A stretch of 64,000 nt of DNA from Candidatus Saccharimonadia bacterium. Its GTDB lineage: Bacteria; Patescibacteriota; Saccharimonadia; CAILAD01; CAZGYV01. The first letter of the stretch is position 1. Each line of letters opens with the position of its first letter. Below the pieces are notes generated by a model. That model was not told the DNA's origin. It was given only the letters and a program-made list of their open reading frames with translations, and did not search any database. Location of the stretch: positions 10,059-74,058 of the forward strand of contig JAYRII010000014.1 in assembly GCA_041906885.1 (NCBI GenBank), given 5' to 3'. The position numbers and the translations under genes were made by a program. This document shows, in pieces, positions 9,586 through 20,737 of the stretch.

Positions 9586-10785
9586 ATGGCAAAAAAATCT
9601 AATAATACGTTCCCGTCAAAATGGCGAGTATTTTTCACTTGGCTACTAGTAACAATTGGCTGCTTGGCAGTGGCCGCTTTTGTGGCCGTTCATTGGACCG
9701 AACAAGAAATCCTGACTACTGATAACTGGGTGGCAATAGTCGCACCGATTCCCAAGAACGACCAAGTCGCTCAAGCTATTAGCACCTACACCGTCACTCA
9801 GCTGTTTGACTCAATTGATATTCAGGCCAAAATCAAGGAAGCTCTACCTGAGCGAGCCGATTTCCTAGCCCCAGCCCTAGCCTCTACCATCACCTCACAA
9901 ACCCAAAATATTACCAAAAAGTTTATTCAGAGCGATCAATTTCAAAATATTTGGGCATCAGCCAATCGAATAACTCACACCAAGCTAATCGAAGCGGCTA
10001 GAAATACAGCGCCCGTCTCGACTCAACGCACCTTTCAGATCGGTAATACCAAATTTACGCTTGATTTGTCGAGCTTGAGATCATTTGTCAGCTCTCAATT
10101 GCGTTCATCGGATGCCTTTCCAGAGCTACAAACTTCTATCCAGCAACCAAGCCAGATTGTGGCCGACCTCAAGGTCTCTTTCCAACACTTTAAGCGCTTT
10201 GTTCAAACCACTGACACCCTCTACCAAGTCCTGCCATATTTCATTGTCACAAGTTTTCTACTAGCTCTTGCAATCGGCGTCAAGCGGCACCACGTCTTAT
10301 TGGGCATTAGTATCGGTGTTATGCTGATTACTACTTTGCAAATAATCGGCGTCAAGTTACTCCGTCCTGAGATCATCAACCAAGTCCAAAACAGCCTTTA
10401 CCGACCAGCCGCCGGCGTCGTGATCGATTCATTGGTCAATCCATTTAACAGCCTAGCTCGCAACTACTTCGTGACTGGCTTACTCTTGGGAATCATAACG
10501 ATCCTGTTTGGCCCTTACAAATGGTCGCTAGCTATGCGCCACAAGCTCAAGCTGACAGAGATAAAAAAAGCCTCAGTCTTCAACTATGTCCGACTGGCCA
10601 GAGTTTGGACCAGGCAACAAAAAAAATACATCTGGATCGGTGCGACTGTATTGACATTGATATACTTAGCTTTTGCCAATAATCTCGACTGGATTAGAAC
10701 TACTCAAATAATCATGGTTGTACTATCGATTAGTGCTCTGGTTGAGCTTTTTAGCTCTCGCCAAACAACTAAAGTTATTATTTAA
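9586..10785 (+). CDS. Integral membrane protein
   Basis: 399 aa; N-terminal TM, soluble helical region, several C-terminal TMs. Confidence 0.8.
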   Translation: MAKKSNNTFPSKWRVFFTWLLVTIGCLAVAAFVAVHWTEQEILTTDNWVAIVAPIPKNDQVAQAISTYTVTQLFDSIDIQAKIKEALPERADFLAPALASTITSQTQNITKKFIQSDQFQNIWASANRITHTKLIEAARNTAPVSTQRTFQIGNTKFTLDLSSLRSFVSSQLRSSDAFPELQTSIQQPSQIVADLKVSFQHFKRFVQTTDTLYQVLPYFIVTSFLLALAIGVKRHHVLLGISIGVMLITTLQIIGVKLLRPEIINQVQNSLYRPAAGVVIDSLVNPFNSLARNYFVTGLLLGIITILFGPYKWSLAMRHKLKLTEIKKASVFNYVRLARVWTRQQKKYIWIGATVLTLIYLAFANNLDWIRTTQIIMVVLSISALVELFSSRQTTKVII

Positions 10786-10848
10786 GAAATTCATATATAT
10801 TTTAATTACTCCCCTATAGTTTTATGGCGGACAACAATTTTATGAAAA

Positions 10849-12456
10849 TTACCATTTAGTTTGAGTATTTAACGATTTTTGAATGGACTCATCGTGGGAG
10901 ATGGAGCTGGCGAGGTCAGTTTTCTGGTGTTCATACTTTATTAGCTGAATTAGAAATCCAGCTAATATACTAAAATTAATCGCCACAAAGACAGCACTAA
11001 TCAAAACTAGTTCGTGAACTGACATATAGGCGCTATTATTAAGTAGCAAGACCGCTCGGATCAAAGCCACAAAGAATATCAGCAACAGCCCATAGAGACT
11101 TAGCTTAACCCAAGACTTCTCGGCGCTAACAACGGACTTGCGCGATACCTCAAATTTTTTCTGAATCCTAATTACTCCCTTGAGGGCCACCAGATGAGTG
11201 AATATACTAGCCAACCCAAAGCACTCCGTGAAAAACAAATGGTATGAACCGCGAGCTGCAATCGCTGTCATGGCAATCGACATCAGCATAAAAGGTATAT
11301 AAACCAAACAAAATCCGACTATATCCATACGGACTGGGCTCTGCAATTGAATGATACAAAAAACCGGAATCAGTATGTAGAGTAGGCGCTGGACGCCTTG
11401 GAGATGAGCTAAAGTAGCACTGAGATAGTTGAGGCGCTGATTAAAAGAAAGGCCGCTAATAACAAGTGGCGAATCCTTTGAGCGCAATAACAAGCCCAGT
11501 GAGCCAGCCGCCCATCTTAAGCGTTGCTTATAAAACTCCTTGAAGCTGGCTGCCTCCAAGCCAAAGGCCAAGGGTTCGTCAACAAAAACAGATTTCCAGC
11601 CGGCGGCGTGTAATCGCAATGAGCTATGTATATCTTCGGTTGCTGTGCCTGTTGCAAAACCTCCAATCCCATCAATCGCCTGGCGTCTTAATAGTGCGCT
11701 CGTACCAACAAAAAAAGCCGAGTTGTAATAGTTTTTGGCCGGCTGAATACACTCATAAAACATGCCCTGCTCAGACCATTGCCTACCCCGACTGTGCTCA
11801 CGATAAAGAAAACTTTTACGATTGTAATAAGTTTGCGGTGTCTGCACAATTCCCACCTCGAGATCATCAAAATATCCAAGCGTACGGTCTAAAAAATTTG
11901 CCTGTGGAATATGATCGCAATCGAGTAGTAATAATATCTCAGCATCTGACAATTTGAGGCCTTGGTTCAAATTTCCGGCCTTAGCATGGCAGTTATTAAC
12001 ACTCGCATGATATATAGCCCCGAGCTGCTGGCAGAGCTGACGTACGGCCGGCCGATTGCCATCATCAAGCACGATCACCTGGCCAATTCCCCTAGATTTT
12101 TTGGCCCGCTGGATAGTGGGTCTAATGATATTAACCGGCTCATTATAGGTTGGTATTAGAGCATCAACGGTATACTTACGTCTGGCTTGGTGGTGTACTG
12201 GGTCATAAATATTTCTGACAATGTAGAGAAACAGGCCAGTCGTAACAAGTCCGTAGATATCGGCTAGAAGTAGTATTGGGCCATACCAAATTGACCAATT
12301 CACCGTACCATTGAGTCGCCAGATAAAATAACTTAATGCAATCACAACATAACCATAAAACGAGATTGCAATCAGCTTTGATTCCGGACGACGCCTAAAT
12401 CTCACTTGATAGCGTTGCTTGACCGTAGTATGACTGGGTTTATTTTTGATCAGCAA
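10849..12456 (-). CDS. Processive GT2 glycosyltransferase (cellulose synthase BcsA-like)
   Basis: PTYNE, DDG, HAKAGNLN, DCD, QTPQ, TED, QRLRW motifs plus TMs. Confidence 0.92.
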   Translation of the reverse strand: MLIKNKPSHTTVKQRYQVRFRRRPESKLIAISFYGYVVIALSYFIWRLNGTVNWSIWYGPILLLADIYGLVTTGLFLYIVRNIYDPVHHQARRKYTVDALIPTYNEPVNIIRPTIQRAKKSRGIGQVIVLDDGNRPAVRQLCQQLGAIYHASVNNCHAKAGNLNQGLKLSDAEILLLLDCDHIPQANFLDRTLGYFDDLEVGIVQTPQTYYNRKSFLYREHSRGRQWSEQGMFYECIQPAKNYYNSAFFVGTSALLRRQAIDGIGGFATGTATEDIHSSLRLHAAGWKSVFVDEPLAFGLEAASFKEFYKQRLRWAAGSLGLLLRSKDSPLVISGLSFNQRLNYLSATLAHLQGVQRLLYILIPVFCIIQLQSPVRMDIVGFCLVYIPFMLMSIAMTAIAARGSYHLFFTECFGLASIFTHLVALKGVIRIQKKFEVSRKSVVSAEKSWVKLSLYGLLLIFFVALIRAVLLLNNSAYMSVHELVLISAVFVAINFSILAGFLIQLIKYEHQKTDLASSISHDESIQKSLNTQTKW

Positions 12457-12516
12457 GCTAGCCCCCCTTTTTTTGACTATTTAATTTTACAGATCATCAA
12501 ACAAGTATCGGTGGTT

Positions 12517-12831
12517 TTATTTTTGTATTGATTGCTTGCAGCCCCATTCTCTCATGTCCTGGATGACTTGATTGAGTGATTGGCCACGGCGGGTCAAGGA
12601 ATAATCAACTCTTGGTGGAACCTGAGCATAGACCTTCTTCTTAACTATTCTGTCTTTTTCCAATTGATGCAAGCGCAGGGATAATGTCCGTGGACTAACA
12701 CCAAGATTATGTTGAATTTCATTAAACCTTTTAGTACCACTCATTAGTTCGAACAAGATCGCCACCGACCATTTATTGCCAATGATTTTGATGGTTTTAT
12801 CCAAACCGCAACTGAAGTAGTTCTCTTTCAT
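12517..12831 (-). CDS. HxlR family winged-HTH regulator
   Basis: IGNKWS, RFNEI, LSLRLHQLE, VPPRVDYSLT. Confidence 0.93.
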   Translation of the reverse strand: MKENYFSCGLDKTIKIIGNKWSVAILFELMSGTKRFNEIQHNLGVSPRTLSLRLHQLEKDRIVKKKVYAQVPPRVDYSLTRRGQSLNQVIQDMREWGCKQSIQK

Positions 12832-12951
12832 ATGTCAATTGTAACACAATGATACTTGCTATACTTAGTATAGCTTCAAATTAACATGTCAAAACTAAAA
12901 CACCGCTCCAGAAGTTTCTAGGCGGCGTTTTGTGATTTGACATCAAACTGG

Positions 12952-13494
12952 CTAAGCCTTGCTTTGCCCAAATGAACGAGCTATTGTAACTGCTCCTGAA
13001 ATCAGGGCGTATACACCAACGACCCATGCAAAAGCAATACCACTCGAAGTTGGGTAGCGTAATACTACAATACCCGCCAAAAGAGCAATGACGCCGGTTA
13101 CGATCAGAAGGGTTCGGCTCTTGGGGTCAACATCCTTATTGATGAAGGCTGATAATAGCTCAACCACACCTTGAACCAAGAATATGAATCCAATCACCAA
13201 GACGAAGGTAGCAACTGATACCAATGGCCGATTGAGCAGATAAATACCTGCCGCAATTTCAATTACACCCAAGATGATGTGCAGAAGCCAATGACTCCCT
13301 TTGCCATGCACGGCAATTCCATTAATGATCTCGACGACACCATCTACTAGCAAGAAAATGGCAAACACAAGTGCGAATATCACTAGTGTCAAGCCAGGCC
13401 ATACGACTGCAATGAGTCCGAGAAAGAACAATGCCAAGCCTTTTACAAGCATTAGCCACATCTCATTGTGTGGCTGTGAAGCTGCTGTTTCCAT
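12952..13494 (-). CDS. HdeD/DUF308 membrane protein
   Basis: Repeated G..A...G....WP / G..LL..G TM pattern. Confidence 0.88.
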   Translation of the reverse strand: METAASQPHNEMWLMLVKGLALFFLGLIAVVWPGLTLVIFALVFAIFLLVDGVVEIINGIAVHGKGSHWLLHIILGVIEIAAGIYLLNRPLVSVATFVLVIGFIFLVQGVVELLSAFINKDVDPKSRTLLIVTGVIALLAGIVVLRYPTSSGIAFAWVVGVYALISGAVTIARSFGQSKA

Positions 13495-13633
13495 AACTAC
13501 TCCTCTTTAAAAACTTATTTAATCTGATAATTTAATTATTACTACCTGGAGGTACCAATTGTCAAGCCAAGCGTGATGAATTAGCCTCAAATTATTTTTT
13601 GTGGAGTCTTAAAATCGCATCATAATAAACATT

Positions 13634-13980
13634 ACCAACGAACGCGAAAAGCGTCAAAAGCTCAGCCCAAGCGAGTACCACAATGCTCGTTAGCGGTCAG
13701 TGCTGGGATATGAAAGATCTCAGCTTCTATCATTGCGGCCTGCGGACAAAGGCTGTTTGACTCTAGTCACAAATCTGATTCAGCCACAGGCTGGCCTAGT
13801 TTTAATCAATTCCTCCCAGACGGCACCAAACGAATACCAGATGATGATTACATCATACGTGTGATCGAGATGCTTCGTAACGATGTGATGCCCGCCCCGG
13901 ATGCGTCTTCGATGATGACACGACAGCACCAGCAAATGGTTTTGTATTAATTCAGACGCCATAAATCTTAAACCGTACTA
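13634..13980 (+). pseudogene. msrB: Decayed peptide-methionine (R)-S-oxide reductase
   Basis: Manual translation gives KLSPSEY, CGQRLFDSSHKSDSATGWPSF (from 13741) and WFCINSDAINL, broken by stops and frameshifts; not in the ORF track. Confidence 0.85.
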
Positions 13981-13981
13981 A

Positions 13982-16513
13982 TTAGCGGTAAGAATCCTTC
14001 GGTGGCGGAATAGAGCCGGGTGATGGCGCAGGCGAACCGGCAGGTTGGTCCGGTTTATCGCTCAACACATTTGGAGGTGACGCCTCGGCCTGGCTAGGTG
14101 CATTGGCGGTTGACGTGTTTTCAAGATCCTTCACCCCAAGCGAGATTGTATTACCGGCCCCGACATCGCCGCGCAAGATCTTGGCCGCCACCACATTTTC
14201 AACCAAGTTTTGCATCGCTCGACGCATTGGCCGCGCGCCCAATCGGGGATCGTAGCCGCTATCGACAATGAAGGTCTTAGCTGCCTCATCAAGTGCTACT
14301 TTTATGCCTTGGCTCTCCATTGTTTTATTAAATTGGACTAGAAGCAAATCAACAATGCGCTTTAATTCATCGCGACTCAAGGGTCGGAATAATACGACCT
14401 CATCAAACCGGTTAATCAGCTCGGGACGGAAATAGTTTTTGTTGATTAAGTTGTCCTCGAATTCCTTTTCAAATTGCTCCAGGCTTTGTCCTGCCTCAAT
14501 CCGCTTACGAATATCATCCGCTCCGGCATTGGAAGTACAGATGATAATTGCTTCTTTGAAATTAACCTTTTTGCCATTACTGTCAGTCAATTGGCCTTCA
14601 TCGAGCATCTGTAAAAGTAAATTAAGCACGTCTGGATGAGCCTTCTCGATCTCATCGAGCAATATGACACTAAACGGCCTTTGGCTAACAAGGCGCATGA
14701 AAGTCGATCCGCCAGTCCCAGTATTAGCCGCCGCCAAAAGCCGCGGCACATCAGACTTATCCTGATATTCGGTCATGTCCAAGCGAATCATATTTGCCTC
14801 ACTGCTAAAGTAGATGGCCGCTAACGATTTGGCTAGCTCAGTTTTGCCGACACCGGTCGGACCGAGGAATAAAAAGCTGCCGACCGGCCGCCTGGCATCA
14901 CGCACACCAGCTCGTGATCGACGCAGAGCATTGGCCACCACGCTAACAGCTCGCGTTTGATTGATCATCCGTCCGTGAATCACTTCCTCGAGATTTAAGA
15001 GCTGCTGTTTCTCGGCCACATCAGCCTTTGCCACCTTGGTATTAGTAATCGCCTCCACCGCGCGAGCCACCGAATCTTCTGTCACCACGCTGCCAGCAGC
15101 ATAATTCAAGCTGTCTTCGAGCAAGTTCATCGCCTTAGCCGGAAAAGCCTTACCTTGCTGCAAGTAGCGCGCCGCTAAGCGGTATGTTTCGATTAGAGCT
15201 CGGTAAGTGATGAGCTTTTTGCTGTGCATCTCATAAGCAATCGCCATATCGCCGAGGATCGAAACTGTTGTCGCTTCATCCGGCTCCGTCACATTTACCA
15301 GGTTAAACAGCTGCGACAGTGAAGGGTAAACCGTACCGACCTTATGCCAATCAGCCGGTGTCATTGCCATCACGACCCGCACCTTGCCCTGCTGAATAAT
15401 TGGCAAGATAATTTGAGCGATGTTGACCGCACCTGGTTCATTGGAAAAGAAAATTTGGGCTTCATCAAGAAACAAAATAATATTTTGAGCATGTGCCAAA
15501 TCAGACATGACCCGAATCATAATCTGCTCGAGGTTGACGCCACGGTCAAGATTGGCCGTAATCGAGGTCACCGACAGAGACACAACTTGATCGTAAGCCA
15601 GTACGCCGGCAGTCTCGCCGCGAATTAAGCGATCGGCCAAAGCATAAACCAACTCCGTCTTGCCGACACCAGTTTCACCCACCAGAGCTACGCAATTGCG
15701 ATCGGGCCGCGCTAGATGAGCCTCCATTTGATCGAGCAAATTATGACGCGCCGCCGAGGAAAAATCCAAATTGCCGTTTTGAATCTCCAAGCTAATATTA
15801 TGGGCAAAATTATCTAGCACCGGCGTGAAGCCAGCCGCCCAATCGCGGCCAATGCCACCAAAAACCGACTTCGGCTTCGGTCGCAAATATCGGCGCACCA
15901 CATTTTCCTGCCAATGCAGACCGGCTAAGATATCCTTGGCATTTAAATTAATCGATTGCAAGTAATGCTCAACGCCCTGATTGGTGGTTAGCAGGGCCGC
16001 TGTGATCATACCGGCCGAGATGTAGTCCTCCTGGTAGGACTCACGCAAATACTCAGCCGCCTGCCAAATCTGCTCGCCATCTTGGGGTGCGGTTGAGAGC
16101 AGACCACCAATTGTCTTAGCATCAAGCAAGAAGCGATTGACAAAGAAGCTCTGCTGCCAGACTCCACCAATTGACTGCCAGATACTTTGCGGGCTAGCCG
16201 GAAACTTGAATCGGTAAACAATGTCCGCTGCAAGCATTTGATCAAGTCTGGTTTTATCACGATTCTTTTTAGCCGAGCTATCGAGATTTTTTAAGTCCCA
16301 CGAGAACCAAGTCGCGAGCATGACGCAAACAAGCATTGGCGAGAACAGCAGGTAACCAAGTCCAATGCCCGAAAAGACCAGGTAACACCCGGCCGCTAAC
16401 AACACGAGAATGGTCAGCTTTAAACCAATCATCATCGGCTTTTTAGTTACAGTACCAGCTAATTTAGCCTTTTGTACTCGAGCACTGCTAACGAATTTGT
16501 GCTGCTCGTTCAC
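13982..16513 (-). CDS. Clp/Hsp100-family ATPase with two AAA+ modules and N-terminal TM segments
   Basis: GETGVGKT/LFLDEA and GPTGVGKT/LLDEIEK, RPELINRFD, GARPMRR; GTG at 16513 overlaps the upstream stop (GTGA). Confidence 0.9.
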   Translation of the reverse strand: MNEQHKFVSSARVQKAKLAGTVTKKPMMIGLKLTILVLLAAGCYLVFSGIGLGYLLFSPMLVCVMLATWFSWDLKNLDSSAKKNRDKTRLDQMLAADIVYRFKFPASPQSIWQSIGGVWQQSFFVNRFLLDAKTIGGLLSTAPQDGEQIWQAAEYLRESYQEDYISAGMITAALLTTNQGVEHYLQSINLNAKDILAGLHWQENVVRRYLRPKPKSVFGGIGRDWAAGFTPVLDNFAHNISLEIQNGNLDFSSAARHNLLDQMEAHLARPDRNCVALVGETGVGKTELVYALADRLIRGETAGVLAYDQVVSLSVTSITANLDRGVNLEQIMIRVMSDLAHAQNIILFLDEAQIFFSNEPGAVNIAQIILPIIQQGKVRVVMAMTPADWHKVGTVYPSLSQLFNLVNVTEPDEATTVSILGDMAIAYEMHSKKLITYRALIETYRLAARYLQQGKAFPAKAMNLLEDSLNYAAGSVVTEDSVARAVEAITNTKVAKADVAEKQQLLNLEEVIHGRMINQTRAVSVVANALRRSRAGVRDARRPVGSFLFLGPTGVGKTELAKSLAAIYFSSEANMIRLDMTEYQDKSDVPRLLAAANTGTGGSTFMRLVSQRPFSVILLDEIEKAHPDVLNLLLQMLDEGQLTDSNGKKVNFKEAIIICTSNAGADDIRKRIEAGQSLEQFEKEFEDNLINKNYFRPELINRFDEVVLFRPLSRDELKRIVDLLLVQFNKTMESQGIKVALDEAAKTFIVDSGYDPRLGARPMRRAMQNLVENVVAAKILRGDVGAGNTISLGVKDLENTSTANAPSQAEASPPNVLSDKPDQPAGSPAPSPGSIPPPKDSYR

Positions 16514-16872
16514 GGCATCACCCCGCGAATAATAAAGCCGATGACTGCCAGCGGTACAAATGGCCATGCTACAACACAAACTAGTCCGACCACGGCTGTC
16601 AAAACAAAACCGATCGTAGCCGCGATTATAACCATCGTGCGGACGATGAAACCAATCAGGCGCGATAACAGATTATCACCCATGGCCCGCATCATCGGCC
16701 CAAAGCCTTTTCCTGGATAGGTAATTATGCGCCGCCAGGGAGCGAATAGGGTCTTGAGCAAAGTCGGCACCGAGAAGACATACCAAATGTTACGCAAGCG
16801 TGCCCCAAGCTTTTTGATGAGCAACGCCCAGCCTTCCGCATACCACCAGCGAAATAATTCAATAAATACCAT
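16510..16872 (-). CDS. Small membrane protein translationally coupled to the Clp ATPase
   Basis: WWY..GW, FSVPTLLKTLFAPWRR, NLLSRLIGF. Confidence 0.85.
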   Translation of the reverse strand: MVFIELFRWWYAEGWALLIKKLGARLRNIWYVFSVPTLLKTLFAPWRRIITYPGKGFGPMMRAMGDNLLSRLIGFIVRTMVIIAATIGFVLTAVVGLVCVVAWPFVPLAVIGFIIRGVMP

Positions 16873-17010
16873 AAGCATATTCTAAGCCAATGGGACGCTA
16901 CGAACAACAAGCTGCCCTTACCAGTACCGAATCTTATGCTTTTGCAGTCACGGGATCTCTTCCTTTCGCATCAACAACCTAAACCCGAGACAAGCTCGGA
17001 CTCACGATGC

Positions 17011-17268
<258 letters not shown>

Positions 17269-17595
17269 GCGTCGTTTTAGGCTACAGATTTCGTTGAAAA
17301 ATAAAATCTTTCAACTTCATCTTTCACCATAAAGCCTCCTTTTCAAATCAACAAACAGTTTTCACTTGCTGTATATCAATACACTTTTTGGGGTTCGCAA
17401 GTTGATAAACTTCGGTTTGTTGATTTGATAAGAAAGATTTGTTTTATTCGTAAGAGGGTTCTTATTCGCACCCTAGATAATCATCTTAAGAACAAACCAT
17501 GTATAAAACAAGTGCTTAAAAAATATCCTGCTTCGTACCCGCCCCAAAATAAAGACGGGTACAAAGCAGATGGTCAGGAATCTTGTGGCTATTCC

Positions 17596-17955
17596 TTAGA
17601 GACTGATGGTGGGCGCCCATTTACGCTGGTTAGTGGTCAGGGTGCCGTCTGACGCGCCATCAAGACAGGTCACCTCCACACCGATGCGAGCTCCAGATGG
17701 ATCCCAGGAAGGCACAGCCACCCCCAGCAAACGATGCTGACGGGGCAAATGAGCATTGCGAAGTGGGTCGACCTCGATATGTCCCCCCAGATGAAGACTG
17801 ATCTGATACAGCCATATCTGAAGATGGCCATGCTCTGTGTGCACTTCAAATGCTTCAGCTTGCAGATATTGTTTGAGGGCTTGCCCCAGGAGTGAATCGC
17901 TTGTCCAGCATTTCATCCGACTTGGAAGCAGCTTGATTCCGCCCGAGTCTACCAT
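17596..17955 (-). CDS. Hypothetical protein
   Basis: 119 aa, AGGAG RBS, downstream hairpin at 17535-17561. Confidence 0.6.
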   Translation of the reverse strand: MVDSGGIKLLPSRMKCWTSDSLLGQALKQYLQAEAFEVHTEHGHLQIWLYQISLHLGGHIEVDPLRNAHLPRQHRLLGVAVPSWDPSGARIGVEVTCLDGASDGTLTTNQRKWAPTISL

Positions 17956-18057
17956 GTCGCTCCTAGTTCTCCGACATCATCTTCAACAATATAAGTTTAT
18001 AGCACATAATACCCGTCTTAGCAATAATAGACGTCGGTATTCAAAGCTTTTCCTTAC

Positions 18058-18294
18058 TTACTTGGATTTATTTAAGGCTATAAAAATAAAACTCACCGTG
18101 ATGACCATAAACGTTATACCAAACATCCAACCGATCGTAATCATCGCGTCGAGTGAGTCACCACAGAGTGACGAGCAGCCGGCCTGAGACTTGAGCAACA
18201 TAGTGCCACTAATTATAAATTCCACAATTACCGCTAAAACTGAGACAATTACCAGCCAGCCATACATTTGTTTTTTAGTCACTCCACCCTCCAA
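18058..18294 (-). CDS. Small 2-TM protein
   Basis: Two hydrophobic helices with a CxxxC loop; directly downstream of pgi/pmi. Confidence 0.6.
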   Translation of the reverse strand: MEGGVTKKQMYGWLVIVSVLAVIVEFIISGTMLLKSQAGCSSLCGDSLDAMITIGWMFGITFMVITVSFIFIALNKSK

Positions 18295-18301
18295 ATAATT
18301 G

Positions 18302-19351
18302 TTAGCCTAGCTCACGTTTGAATTTTTCGACTAGCTCGACCGGCGTCGGGTCAATGCCATTTAAAATTCCCAAATAAGCCGAGACATAATCTCCAAGTAG
18401 TATCGTATAAAGCAGCTGCTCCAAATGAGTCCGGCCTTGAGCCTCAACACGAATCGGCGCAAAACCATAGCTTGATAAAACTTGGCCTGTAATCAGTTGG
18501 CGTTTTTTGACTCGCTCGTTGTCTAAGCCTGACTCCAGCTGAATGCAAGTAAGCTCTTTTTTTTCGGGTAAAAGCCAACCTTGCATTTCATTGTGATTGA
18601 GCTCCGAATATTGACTCCAAAAGGCTAGCTGCTTGGCATTTTCATTGATATCAATCTTCCACTTGTATCCCGCTGACCTAAGCTTGGGACCAGCATAAAT
18701 CAAAACTATTTTATCGCGTAGCTTGATGGCCAACTGTCGGGCCAAATTATCATGAGAGTCATCAAGTGATAGGGCTGCTTTTTGGGTGTTTAAGAAATTA
18801 GCCGCCTCAAGCAATTCACGCTCCAAGTCGACCCCCTCGCTCAAGCCCAAGTCCGCCACTAGGCAGGCCAAAGCTTTTAGGGCTGCAAAGACGCTCAAAC
18901 GCGGCTGGCTGACTTTTGGTAGCTTTAGTAATGTATATTTCTTATTAGTCGCAATTTCCAGTAATTTACCACCGGCCGTCAAAATCACTAGCTGGCAATT
19001 CATGCGCTCCGCTTCCTTCATGGCTGCTAAAGCCTCTTCCGTATTGCCGGAATAGCTCGAAATAATAGCCAGCGTTTGTTCATTAATATAGCCGGGCAAG
19101 TCATAATCACGAATAATTTCAAACGGCACTTTTAGCCGCTCGCAAAGCCAGTCGCGCAAAATCTCCGGTGCTAAAGCCGAGCCACCCATGCCCGCCAAGA
19201 CAATATTGCTGACCCTCGCACCCATTTCTTGAGTCAAAGCAAGACCCATTTCATCACCAAAGCTCAAGCTCAAATGATCTGGCTGCGCATCAATCGCATC
19301 GAAGATATGATGACGGTCAAGTTCATCTAGTTTTACAAATGGATCGGTCAT
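18302..19351 (-). CDS. Bifunctional phosphoglucose/phosphomannose isomerase
   Basis: GMGGSA, SSYSGNTEE, QPR, NENAK, ELNHNE, DPTPV. Confidence 0.95.
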   Translation of the reverse strand: MTDPFVKLDELDRHHIFDAIDAQPDHLSLSFGDEMGLALTQEMGARVSNIVLAGMGGSALAPEILRDWLCERLKVPFEIIRDYDLPGYINEQTLAIISSYSGNTEEALAAMKEAERMNCQLVILTAGGKLLEIATNKKYTLLKLPKVSQPRLSVFAALKALACLVADLGLSEGVDLERELLEAANFLNTQKAALSLDDSHDNLARQLAIKLRDKIVLIYAGPKLRSAGYKWKIDINENAKQLAFWSQYSELNHNEMQGWLLPEKKELTCIQLESGLDNERVKKRQLITGQVLSSYGFAPIRVEAQGRTHLEQLLYTILLGDYVSAYLGILNGIDPTPVELVEKFKRELG

Positions 19352-19488
19352 GAAATTATTATAACACCTTAAAAATTTAGTTTGCTTTTATTATAACAAA
19401 CCCCGCTCAAGGCTATTTACAGCACGCCACCTTTTTAGTTTAATAATATGCATGTTCTTCGACAAATGAGCGACCAAAAGGAAAACTG

Positions 19489-20220
19489 ATGAATGTTCGT
19501 GAGCGCATCTACAGCTTTTTTGCGATTCAAGCACACCGGTGGCAAGTCCGACACTATTTCCAGCCTGCTATCATCATGCTCTACCTCGTGGCAATCGTCT
19601 TCGCCGACGAACGCCAAAGAGTAGAGCTATGGCAGCAAGTCGGAGTCAATCTGACTAAACTGTCTGGCGGCTTACTCAAAACCTCTGCCAGCAAGTCGGC
19701 TGATTGGTGCTTCCGGACAGCCTTACGGCACGGTGACGCGCGTCAGAAGGGTGCCATCCACCGTGATCAAGCCGAGCTTTTGAGCAAGCTTGGCCGCTTC
19801 GAGGAAGCTCAGCAGCATATTCGCTTATCGGCCAAGCTACTCCTTAGAGCCCAAGACGAAGACGGCTTGCTTCTAACTAGGATTATTAGATCTATAGTCT
19901 ACTGCCGCTGGGCGATTAGCTTGCCATTTGGACAGGAGCGCAGCAATCTGTTGTGTAATGCTTACGACAGCCTGAACAAAGTCCTTCGCGAAAAGGACAT
20001 CTCAGCCCGCCAGAATTTGATAGCACAGCTCTGGTTGTCCGACATTTGCCTAGAACTTTATAGGGAAAAGCGTGAGATTGATTGGCTAATCGATGCCGAT
20101 CTTGCCAGCCACACAGCCCTAATGCTACTGGTACTAAGTGAATCTGGCTCGCAGGCTCACATCCACCGAGTTGAAGCCCAGATCAGAACCATCCTCGAAT
20201 GGAAAGAAGCACTAGCATGA
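19489..20220 (+). CDS. Hypothetical helical/TPR-like protein
   Basis: 243 aa; AELLSKLGRFEEAQQH resembles a TPR; AAAGGA RBS. Confidence 0.65.
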   Translation: MNVRERIYSFFAIQAHRWQVRHYFQPAIIMLYLVAIVFADERQRVELWQQVGVNLTKLSGGLLKTSASKSADWCFRTALRHGDARQKGAIHRDQAELLSKLGRFEEAQQHIRLSAKLLLRAQDEDGLLLTRIIRSIVYCRWAISLPFGQERSNLLCNAYDSLNKVLREKDISARQNLIAQLWLSDICLELYREKREIDWLIDADLASHTALMLLVLSESGSQAHIHRVEAQIRTILEWKEALA

Positions 20221-20585
20221 ACGATGTTCCTGGCGAGATCATACCGATCAATCGCAAGGTCATAGAAAGACTAGCCGAAGCCAAAGAAGTACTAGAGAGG
20301 CTCAAAGAAGATAATCAGTACCTCAGTGGATGGAAGCTACCTGATAGGTGCGACACGGCCCCAATCATCATCCTATACTTTGACGATGTGAAGGGCTTGG
20401 GTAATTATCCGGCCACGATTGCCGGATACCAAGTCGGGGTCAAGTTCAAAAATGGCTCCAAAAGACAACCGTTAGAAGCTGCCAAAAGAAACAAGCTCAA
20501 ATACGACCTCGATCATCCGCTTTTTTTCGACCGTAATCAATCGGTCCAAAAGAACGAACCAAAACCACCTGGTGGTGCTGCCTAG
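20217..20585 (+). CDS. Hypothetical protein
   Basis: ATG at 20217 overlaps the upstream stop (ATGA). Confidence 0.65.
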   Translation: MNDVPGEIIPINRKVIERLAEAKEVLERLKEDNQYLSGWKLPDRCDTAPIIILYFDDVKGLGNYPATIAGYQVGVKFKNGSKRQPLEAAKRNKLKYDLDHPLFFDRNQSVQKNEPKPPGGAA

Positions 20586-20703
20586 AAGAGACTATGCGGG
20601 AACTTGGACAATTATTGATCTAAGTTCCCGCCCTCCCCTAGAGGATGAAAATATCTTCACCTGCGGGAGGGCTGATACTAAGTCCTAGCACATTTTAATT
20701 CAA

Positions 20704-20737
20704 TAAAAAAGACCGCCTTGCTTCGGAGGTCTTTTTT
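20704..20737. terminator. Bidirectional intrinsic terminator (groEL and 20217 ORF)
   Basis: AAAAAAGACC-GCCTTGCTTCGGA-GGTCTTTTTT. Confidence 0.8.
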
